Shown in pieces: positions 19,814 through 26,517 of a DNA stretch of 64,000 bases. The DNA is taken from the IMG/VR virus record IMGVR_UViG_3300045988_143923; one strand, 5' to 3'. This stretch comes from a virus. The translations under genes were made by a program, and so were the position numbers. Numbering within the stretch: position 1 is the first letter of the stretch; each line of letters starts with the position of its first letter. The notes below the pieces were generated by a model, which worked only from the letters and a program-made list of their open reading frames with translations, was not told where the DNA came from and ran no database searches.

Positions 19814-19918
19814 CGTCCTTCCAAATCGAACTCGCGTCCTTCCAAATCAAACCCGCCGTCCTTCCAAATCAAACTTATCGTCCTTCCAAATCAAACTCGT
19901 CGTCCTTCCAAATCAAAC
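19814..19918. repeat. five tandem 18-nt iterons CGTCCTTCCAAATC(A/G)AAC, 21-22-bp period
   Basis: Copies start at 19814, 19835, 19857, 19879, 19901. Confidence 0.9.
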
Positions 19919-19920
19919 CC

Positions 19921-19976
19921 TAATCATAAATACACTAATCATAAATACATAATCAAAATACTTAATCATAAATACA
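19921..19976. repeat. AT-rich repeats TAATCATAAATACA (3 copies plus 1 degenerate)
   Basis: Copies at 19921, 19936, 19963; degenerate copy near 19950. Confidence 0.8.
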
Positions 19977-20038
19977 TAGGCTGAGCTGGGCAGATTTTGA
20001 AAATGCCAGCCAGAGAAATGGAGAAATGGAATCACGCG

Positions 20039-20070
20039 GAATGAGGCTCACTCAGAATGAGGCTCACTCA
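20039..20070. repeat. tandem 16-nt repeat GAATGAGGCTCACTCA x2
   Basis: Perfect tandem duplication just downstream of the RepA_N-like gene. Confidence 0.85.
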
Positions 20071-20079
20071 AGAGGAGCG

Positions 20080-20460
20080 TCACGCTTCGTCTGAACGATT
20101 GGTCGGTATATAAATGCGCGGGGTAGAGAACTGACATTGGCTGTGTCGGCGAATCAGATGTGCTTCTTCAAGCTCCTTAAATATCTGCAGCGCTTTCTTC
20201 TCTCCACAAGAGATGTCGTTCATAACATCTTTGAGAGAGTAATAGATGAATGGCTCGCCATCTTCGTCAATCCATTCTGGCCGGCTTTTTGATAGCTGCA
20301 TTCGGTAGAGCATGAGAGAATACAGGATCTTCCCAGCCGGAGAGACAGACTTGAGGTCAGGAGTTACGGGGATAGGGATGAAATCGAATCCGCTGCGGCC
20401 ATCGTAGCTACGGAACTTTGGGTTCTTCTATGTCGTGTGGATAGCTGGTCGTTTTGCCAT
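20080..20460 (-). CDS. RepA_N-like winged-helix protein with in-frame TAG at codon 11 (readthrough candidate or pseudogene)
   Basis: GGAGG RBS then ATG 20460; MAKRPAIHTT-TAG-KNPKFRSYDGRSGFDFIPIPV...GKILYSLMLYR...DEDGEPFIYYSLKDV...PRIYI aligns with the RepA_N domain of the 38380 gene. The first in-frame ATG after the TAG (20313) would truncate the domain. Confidence 0.5.
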
Positions 20461-20510
20461 CTGAATACCTCCTCCGCGGGGTAATTGGATTTTTTTTGCT
20501 TCTATTAACT

Positions 20511-20539
20511 ACTATACAAAAAAGGCGTTTTTGGGACGC
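20511..20539 (-). promoter_or_regulatory. phage promoter class GCGTCC-N17-TATAGT (copy A)
   Basis: Reverse complement reads TTCGCGTCCCAAAAACGCCTTTTTTGTATAGTA, ~50 nt upstream of ATG 20460. Confidence 0.5.
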
Positions 20540-20680
20540 GAAGTTGAAGAAAAAGATGCATAAAGATTGAGAATTCTTTTGTGCATGTTGCTGAATGGGA
20601 AAATAGCAATCTGAAGTATGCTCTTCTGGCTGGCTTAGACCTATGTAGCAATACTTAGGTAGCAATACTGAAATAGATAA

Positions 20681-20711
20681 AGCCGACCATTAGACCTTGG
20701 CCGGCTGTTTT
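20681..20711 (+). terminator. possible rho-independent terminator (weak)
   Basis: AGCCGACC...GGCCGGCT stem (one mismatch) followed by GTTTT. Confidence 0.3.
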
Positions 20712-21197
20712 AATGAGCGGATACGCCTCTGTGATAGAGCAGGTATGGAGAGGTACGTCAATCATTGAAGAACCATTTTCGTTCTGGCGGCAGAATTGAG
20801 CTGTAATCGATTTTGACATGCGGATGGGAAATTATACCACGAGAATACAAAAAGCCAGTACAGGGCATTCTGAGGCGAATACAGGGCATTGTAGGCAATA
20901 TGTGGAAATGTATGGAAACTATAGGGGTGGGTTTTAGAGATCGCGGCGGCTAATTTATATAGCAGAGAACAATCATAGTAGAGCAGGAGTGTGTAGTGCT
21001 ACATAGTGCTATAGGCAGTATTCCCTTCTGGCGGGAGATAAGGAGATGATAAGTTAGATACAGGATTGCATGGCAGCTGTAGACCTGCGTGACAGATGCA
21101 TGATGGAGCTGCAGTAGAGCTTCCGTAGAGCTTGTGGCTGGCTATACTCGAGCTGACGGTTACAGCAGATTATAGGAATGCACCTTTTTCGAGTGTT

Positions 21198-21336
21198 CGG
21201 GAAAGGGGGAGTGGCGAAAACTCGGGAACAGCGCACGAAATTGAGGAAACGGGGATTAAAGAGGGGAAAAGGGATGGGGAGGAGAGCGAAAGTTCGGGGA
21301 AAGAGGGGGAAAATATGGGGTAGAGTGAGATGAGGT
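21198..21336 (+). repeat. ~140-nt polypurine tract with multiple G3-G5 runs
   Basis: GGGAAAGGGGGAG...GGGGATTAAAGAGGGGAAAAGGGATGGGGAGGAG...GGGGAAAGAGGGGGAAAATATGGGG; almost no pyrimidines on the plus strand. Confidence 0.85.
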
Positions 21337-21798
21337 AACTACCTTTCCTGAAACTGGTAAAATATCTGGAAAAGTGTAAAATATACCCCATATGATAAAA
21401 AAGAAGCATTTACACCGCTGAAAAGTGCCGGAATGCTGTTTTATAGTATACTTGAAAAGTCGATTTTTGAAGCAGGCCGATTTTTTGAGGTGTCAAGACA
21501 CATATCTTTACGCCTAAAGTTGGATATATGAACAGTCGCTCATATGTTATTTTCTTAACATAGTGTTGGCGTGTTGTCTTCTGGTGATCGGCAGGACAGA
21601 GGGCGGAATTCTCAAAAAATAGGCGTGCAGCACGACGGAAAAATCTTTTTTGCGCGCTTTTCTGATTTTTTCTAAAAACTTTTCCGTGCTCTAAATCCCT
21701 GTTTTCGTCTTTTTCGCCTGTTTTGCGAACCTCTACGCGCGCGTGCGTTTTCATTATCTTTGAAAAAATTGCCCCCAAAAATTTTTTTGAAAAAAGTG

Positions 21799-21827
21799 TT
21801 GACACTGTGCGCACAGAGTGCTATACT
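21799..21827 (+). promoter_or_regulatory. near-consensus sigma70-type promoter
   Basis: TTGACA (21799-21804), 17-nt spacer, TATACT (21822-21827); A/T-rich upstream region. Confidence 0.7.
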
Positions 21828-21887
21828 GTGAGCACAGTCAAGGAACGGCACCCCGCCGGACGGCTTGACAGGGACAGTGCCCACTGT
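21805..21887. promoter_or_regulatory. three palindromic operator-like sites sharing ACAGT/ACTGT half-sites
   Basis: CTGTGCGCACAG (21805-21816, in the spacer), ACTGTGAGCACAGT (21825-21838, over the -10/+1), ACAGTGCCCACTGT (21874-21887, between a second TTGACA and TATAGG). Confidence 0.5.
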
Positions 21888-21976
21888 ATAGGGCACGGGG
21901 CGCGCCCCCTATAGCGTGAAGTCCGGACGGCGTCCGGCGTGAAGTTTGACAAGTGAACAGCGACTTCTCGGCTTGT

Positions 21977-22134
21977 ACCGCTTTCCCTCGATAGAGGGCG
22001 GGCGGGTTTCGAGTGCACCGCTTTTCCCTCGATAGAGGGCGGGCGGGCGTTATGCTTGACAGGTCGAAAAGAACAGTTGTGAGAATACCGCTTTCCGGTC
22101 GTGCATAACGGAATTGCACGACTTTCCGCGGGCG
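21977..22134 (+). repeat. three ACCGCTTTCC-hairpin-GGGCG modules in a GC-rich leader
   Basis: 21977-22006 and 22017-22047 nearly identical (CCCTC-GATA-GAGGG hairpin); 22087-22134 has the same flanks around a different 8-bp hairpin GTCGTGCA/TGCACGAC. Confidence 0.75.
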
Positions 22135-22435
22135 CGTTGCGCTTGCGGGTGGGAAAGTGCTTGCGTTCTGCATATGCGGTTCAATCGTGACAGGTGCACC
22201 GCGCAGAGTAGGCAAGGACGGGCTTAGCCCCCGCAAGCAAGCTACGTTTAGCGTGTCCGTGAAAACACGTACCAAAACCGCGCAAGCGGCGGCGGGGTTT
22301 GCGGTTATCCAAAACCGCGCAGGCAGTACATAACAGGTTTCCCCCCGGGGGGTCCCCTTCAATTGACCCCCCGGTGCCAATGCCGCAAGGCAAGTACATA
22401 TTCACGCAAGGACTTTACATACTGGAGGTTTTATT

Positions 22436-23167
22436 ATGACTATGGAAAACATTAAGAACGCTGTCAAGGCGTACAACGACAACCGCGACACCGCAACCGC
22501 AACCGTAAGCGCAAAGGCGTTTGCAAGCATTGATGAATCGTGCAAGGATATCAGCAAGCAGAACCGCAAGTCTGCCCTGTCTGCTCTGGTTGCTTCCGGC
22601 AACCGTTCCGACGTTCTCACCGCGTTCGTAATGGGGTACACTTACAACCGTGTATCCGTCAAGATTGACAAGGACAGCGGCAAGGCGGTTGTCGCTGAAA
22701 CGCCCACCGAACTGCAATGGAAACACGCGAACAAGGCATACGCCGACGCTCACGACGGTGCAAGCCTTGCGGACTCTGTCGGTTTTAACGCCCTTGCCGA
22801 CGGCTTTTTTGACCACCTGTTCAAGGGTCACGTCCGTCTTCAGGGCCGTGGCGGCAAAGCCGCTGTTCTCGTAAGCAAGACGAAAGACGGCGTTATCCGT
22901 GACACCCTCACGCCGGACTTTGAAGCAAACGACGCAATCAGCGCAACCAAGGCAATGAAAATGCTGGCTGACCTGTACACGGCACTGTTGCCGGAAGATA
23001 TCCGCGTAAAGCCGTGCAAGTGCGATCTGATCCGACTGCACGACGCGGTTATCACTCCGCGCGGTGGCAAACAGCTTAAGTCGTCCTCTGACACTCTGTA
23101 CAAGCAGTTCTTTATGGGCGTTCGCGTCCGTATCACTGGCAACGCATACGAGGTTTACGAGAAGTAA
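22436..23167 (+). CDS. hypothetical protein (GC-rich, codon use typical of high expression)
   Basis: 243 aa; GGAGG RBS; strong preference for AAC/AAG/GAC/CGT codons; preferred over the antisense 264-aa ORF, which has no RBS. Confidence 0.7.
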   Translation: MTMENIKNAVKAYNDNRDTATATVSAKAFASIDESCKDISKQNRKSALSALVASGNRSDVLTAFVMGYTYNRVSVKIDKDSGKAVVAETPTELQWKHANKAYADAHDGASLADSVGFNALADGFFDHLFKGHVRLQGRGGKAAVLVSKTKDGVIRDTLTPDFEANDAISATKAMKMLADLYTALLPEDIRVKPCKCDLIRLHDAVITPRGGKQLKSSSDTLYKQFFMGVRVRITGNAYEVYEK

Positions 23168-23275
23168 CCGACAGGGCGGTGCAAACCGCCCATGCCCGCA
23201 ACAGTCCAACCTCCACGCGGTGCGGGTGGATAACCAACCAATGGACTAAAAAACAACGCAAAGGAAGTGCAAGAC

Positions 23276-23809
23276 ATGATGGAAAACTGGGAATGCGGAA
23301 CCCGCAACGCAAGCGGGGCAAAAGTCCGCACTTACGCAAGTGACCTGCCTCGACTTCGTATGAGCACACCGCAATCTGGCTTTGTGCCTTTTCAGTACGA
23401 AAAGGCGTACGGCGTGAAGAATGCGGTGGGAATCCGCATGGTGGCAAAGTGCACGCCTGCGAAGATTCCGGCATGGTCGCGCAAGAACGATTTTGCCGCA
23501 GTCCACGCGGCAACCGGTCGCAAACTACCGGAGAACGTAGCCGCGGCATTGTTCGTAGCAATCGCAATGCCTACGAGCAAACGTGCCGTCCGCAACCGCC
23601 GCCACGCAATAAACGTGTTACGTGATTTCTGCGCAGGCGAAAACCACCGCGCAATGCGATCCGCAACGATTGCGTTCAATCAGGGTTACGCAACCGTAAA
23701 GGTTGCAGGTGAAAACGCGGCAACCCCTGCAACCGTTATGATTCTGGTTGACGGTCTGCGCCGCGCTGGCTATGCAATCGTAAGACCGGCGCGACCGGTA
23801 TCTTTCTAA
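23276..23809 (+). CDS. hypothetical protein
   Basis: 177 aa from ATG 23276 (RBS AAGGAAG); GC-rich like its upstream neighbour. Confidence 0.6.
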   Translation: MMENWECGTRNASGAKVRTYASDLPRLRMSTPQSGFVPFQYEKAYGVKNAVGIRMVAKCTPAKIPAWSRKNDFAAVHAATGRKLPENVAAALFVAIAMPTSKRAVRNRRHAINVLRDFCAGENHRAMRSATIAFNQGYATVKVAGENAATPATVMILVDGLRRAGYAIVRPARPVSF

Positions 23810-23856
23810 CCCGAAAGTATACCATCTTGCTCTGCGATAAGAGCAAAATAATCGCA

Positions 23857-23882
23857 ATGCACAGGAAAAGTGCATCCTTTTT
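23857..23882 (+). terminator. possible terminator (short stem)
   Basis: ATGCAC-AGGAAAA-GTGCAT followed by CCTTTTT. Confidence 0.35.
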
Positions 23883-23907
23883 ACGTCAGTCACCGCCGCG
23901 TAAAAAA

Positions 23908-23936
23908 TTGACCTTTTCCTAAGTTCATGATAAAAT
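23908..23936 (+). promoter_or_regulatory. sigma70-type promoter with extended -10
   Basis: TTGACC, 17-nt spacer, TGA-TAAAAT. Confidence 0.6.
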
Positions 23937-23967
23937 GAACCTATACTTCTGTATAGGCGGTGAAATA

Positions 23968-24162
23968 ATGAATAAGAATCAATATGATAGTGATTTTGTA
24001 AAAAGAAACTACGATAGGGTTTCATTCCAAGTTCCCAAAGGAGGAAAAGATAGACTCAAGAAAGAATGTGACATACGAGGGTTTTCTGGAATTAACGCCC
24101 TTATTACCAACGCTATATTGGAAGCATATGGGATAGATCTCCGCAAGAAAACCGAAAAGTAA
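23968..24162 (+). CDS. ribbon-helix-helix (Arc/CopG-like) protein
   Basis: 64 aa; RVSFQVPKGGKDRLKKECDIRGFSGINALITNAILEAY fits the RHH beta-strand plus two helices. Confidence 0.55.
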   Translation: MNKNQYDSDFVKRNYDRVSFQVPKGGKDRLKKECDIRGFSGINALITNAILEAYGIDLRKKTEK

Positions 24163-24165
24163 ACA

Positions 24166-24200
24166 AGCCCCGGAACAACCATGTTCCGGGGCTTTTCCTT
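24166..24200 (+). terminator. rho-independent terminator
   Basis: AGCCCCGGAAC-AACCAT-GTTCCGGGGCT followed by TTTCCTT. Confidence 0.7.
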
Positions 24201-24219
24201 GCTCAAAGGAGGAAATTAT

Positions 24220-24462
24220 ATGTCAGAACAAACGACAGTAGACTACAATGCACTCGCAGCTCTGTGTATTGCTGAAATCGAGAAAGCAAAAGCTACTCCT
24301 CGTAGCAAATATGACAAAATTACTTTAAGTCTACCTAAAGGGAGTAAAGACTATCTTAAAACACAAGCCGCTATTCGTGGCAAAAAAAGTGTAACAGAGT
24401 TAGTAACTGACGCAATCGAAAGTTACTGCGACGTAACATTGAAAAAAACCGACCGAGAATAA
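24220..24462 (+). CDS. ribbon-helix-helix protein, paralogue of the 23968 gene
   Basis: 80 aa; AAAGGAGG RBS; ITLSLPKGSKDYLKTQAAIRGKKSVTELVTDAIESY. Confidence 0.55.
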   Translation: MSEQTTVDYNALAALCIAEIEKAKATPRSKYDKITLSLPKGSKDYLKTQAAIRGKKSVTELVTDAIESYCDVTLKKTDRE

Positions 24463-24478
24463 ACTCGGTCGGTTTTTA
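24442..24478. terminator. bidirectional terminator between convergent genes
   Basis: A7-ACCGACCGAG-AATAAA-CTCGGTCGGT-T5. Confidence 0.75.
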
Positions 24479-24955
24479 TTAGCAATCTTTCCATTCAAAA
24501 TCGTAAACAGAGTTCTTTTCGAGATAATCAGGCTTAGGAAGTTCCATGTTAATATGTTTCTCGAAAGTCAAGAGATATTTTTTGATAGAAAAATCTCTCC
24601 CGGTTAAGAATAAATTCGCTTGGCTCCGCAAGAAAAGTTCCGCAGGACCTTTATGCATACGCTCAGCTTGTTTGAGTTTTGCAACTCCTGTGATTGTTTT
24701 GTCGTCGATTTGCTGATAAAAAATAATTTTCTGCAACCGCATGACATCACAATGCAAATCTTTAGACAATTCGACAAGATTGGGATATTTGATTGCTAAT
24801 TTGAACACTTTTTCGGTGAAAGCGTCATCGTTTTCTACTTTGCAATTATCAAGAAATAATTGTAAATAATTGCGACTGCTTTCACTTTCACAAGCATTCA
24901 ATTTCTGGTACACAATAAAATCAATCACATTGTCTAAATCCTCTTTAGTATACAT
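24479..24955 (-). CDS. hypothetical protein, AT-rich reverse-oriented moron
   Basis: 158-aa ORF, the only minus-strand gene in the plus-strand block; visibly lower GC; bounded by terminators. Confidence 0.65.
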   Translation of the reverse strand: MYTKEDLDNVIDFIVYQKLNACESESSRNYLQLFLDNCKVENDDAFTEKVFKLAIKYPNLVELSKDLHCDVMRLQKIIFYQQIDDKTITGVAKLKQAERMHKGPAELFLRSQANLFLTGRDFSIKKYLLTFEKHINMELPKPDYLEKNSVYDFEWKDC

Positions 24956-25007
24956 ATTTTCACCTCACTTTCTACCGCAATCATATCATAACAACCTAAT
25001 AAACACA

Positions 25008-25034
25008 AGCACCCAATCCGGGTGCTTTTCTTTT
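25008..25034 (+). terminator. rho-independent terminator-like hairpin
   Basis: AGCACCC-AATCC-GGGTGCT followed by TTTCTTTT. Confidence 0.5.
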
Positions 25035-25069
25035 ACCCAAAACCGACACATAGAAAGGAAGTTTTCACC

Positions 25070-25381
25070 ATGATTAAAAGCACAATTTCTCTGCTCCTCG
25101 CAACCCTTATGACCGGTAGCGTGTCCGCGCCGGTAGCAAATCCGATTGAAAATAAATCGGAAACCCGCACAATCGCTGGCGAAATCTATTCGGTTTCGTA
25201 CCCGACCGATGACCGTGATTACGCAATCACGACTATCGAAACCGAGGACGGTAACCTCTGGAATGCAGAGGACTACGTTGCCCCGCGCAATGTGAAAGTC
25301 GCGGTCACCTTCGATACGATGGGCACGGAAACGATTCTGGATGATGAAATCGTCCAGATCGTAACCGTCTGGAACGCATAA
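25070..25381 (+). CDS. small secreted protein (signal peptide)
   Basis: 103 aa from ATG 25070; MIKSTISLLLATLMTGSVSAP is a signal-peptide-like N-terminus. Confidence 0.65.
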   Translation: MIKSTISLLLATLMTGSVSAPVANPIENKSETRTIAGEIYSVSYPTDDRDYAITTIETEDGNLWNAEDYVAPRNVKVAVTFDTMGTETILDDEIVQIVTVWNA

Positions 25382-25455
25382 GAAACGCAACCGAAACCGG
25401 CCGGAAACGAAAACAAAACCGACCGGAAACGAAAACAAAAAAGGAGTAAAACAAA

Positions 25456-25779
25456 ATGAAAATCATCAACTGCACACCGCACGCAATCACCTTCCTGCGC
25501 GAGGACAATTCCGTCCTCGCAACCATCGAGCCGAGCGGCTCGATTGCCCGCGCCGCTCAGACCCGCGAAAGGGTTTCCGAAGTAAACGGTATCGTAGTAA
25601 ACCAGTGCAGCTACGGTGCCGTAACCGGTTTGCCCGACCCGCAGCCAGAAACAATTTATCTTGTGTCTGCGCTGACTGCGCAGGCATGCCGCAACCGTTC
25701 CGACGTTTTCATTGTGGACGACGCAGTCCGCAACGAATCCGGTCAGATTATCGGCTGTCGAGCAATCGCTCACATCTGA
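25456..25779 (+). CDS. hypothetical protein
   Basis: 107 aa; AAAGGAG RBS; preceded by two 22-nt direct repeats (CCGGAAACGAAAACAAAA). Confidence 0.65.
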   Translation: MKIINCTPHAITFLREDNSVLATIEPSGSIARAAQTRERVSEVNGIVVNQCSYGAVTGLPDPQPETIYLVSALTAQACRNRSDVFIVDDAVRNESGQIIGCRAIAHI

Positions 25780-25945
25780 TGATCAGCAATAAAAACGAAA
25801 GAGGGGATGCCTATGATTGCGGAGCACGGGAAAAAGCTTGTGCCCAACAATAGAAAAGGCCGAGCCTTTCAGGTCTTGCAATCTGCACCGCAGGGCGGAG
25901 AACAAGAAACCGAAAGGTAAGTAATTTGAAAATGATTCCTGCCGG

Positions 25946-25978
25946 AAGGTTCTCGAGGGTTCATCCTTAAAGCCCTCA
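25946..25978 (+). ncRNA. conserved hairpin motif, copy 1 (AAGGTTCTCGAGGGTTCATCCTTAAAGCCCTCA)
   Basis: 33-nt motif repeated at 28263-28295 with compensatory changes in the stem (GAGGG/CCCTC versus GCGGG/CCCGC). Confidence 0.5.
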
Positions 25979-25993
25979 TCCACGCCGAAAGGC

Positions 25994-26247
25994 GGTGATA
26001 ATCTGGTTGTCACAAAAGAAAACACCGACAAGCGCAAGCCTGCCGGTGCTGTCATCAACCGCGCTTGATTGCCAGTACGATCAGCGCAAAGCAAAGCACG
26101 AAAACGTTCTGCTCCACAGTGACCCCTCCATTTCATTATAAAAATCTGCGGCTATGTAAGGTGAAACCGCACACATACTTTCAGTATGTAAAGATTTATA
26201 TCACTGGCCGGAGCGGATCAAAGTTGGTGACAACCAGATTATATCAC
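25994..26247. repeat. inverted repeats (16 bp perfect, ~20 bp with a 2-nt indel) bracketing ~210 bp of ORF-free DNA
   Basis: GGTGATAATCTGGTTGTCAC (25994-26013) versus GGTGACAACCAGATTATATCAC (26226-26247); both followed by AAAAGAAAAC. Confidence 0.8.
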
Positions 26248-26288
26248 AAAAGAAAACCATTCGCAATAAATCGAAAGGGGTAATACAT

Positions 26289-26489
26289 ATGACAGCTATC
26301 GCAACTACCATGCCGCGCAAGTGGCGTAACGTCTATCTCACTCGCAACGAATGGGACAAACTCCGCCCCGCAATCAAATCTGCCACGATCAGTTACAGCG
26401 CAAGCGGCTGTTTCGAGGGAATCTATCTTGAAGTCTATGTAAACGAAACGGAAGCGAACCAGATTGAAAACGATCTGGAAACGCTCTGA
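26289..26489 (+). CDS. hypothetical protein
   Basis: 66-aa ORF with a GGGG-type RBS. Confidence 0.55.
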   Translation: MTAIATTMPRKWRNVYLTRNEWDKLRPAIKSATISYSASGCFEGIYLEVYVNETEANQIENDLETL

Positions 26490-26517
26490 AACCGGAGCAA
26501 AACGGAGGCAAAACGAA

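Noticed and set aside
19814-19918. Possible CRISPR array
   Set aside because: The 18-nt repeats are separated by only 3-4 nt, so there are no spacers, and no cas genes are present. The pattern is iteron or operator-like.
21410-22380. 134-aa and 180-aa minus-strand ORFs (and smaller ones) in the non-coding hub
   Set aside because: They have no RBSs. Their composition is dictated by the T-runs or GC-rich repeats (Arg/Pro/Ala/Phe/Lys bias), and they run through promoter, operator and repeat modules.
22415-23209. 264-aa minus-strand ORF
   Set aside because: It is antisense to the 243-aa plus-strand gene, which has a GGAGG RBS and coherent codon bias. A long antisense ORF is expected in GC-rich coding DNA.
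25807-25920. 37-aa basic peptide ORF (MPMIAEHGKKLVPNNRKGRAFQ...) in the 25786-26288 gap
   Set aside because: It has a purine-rich RBS-like sequence but is short and has nothing distinctive. I cannot distinguish it from chance in an otherwise structured non-coding interval.
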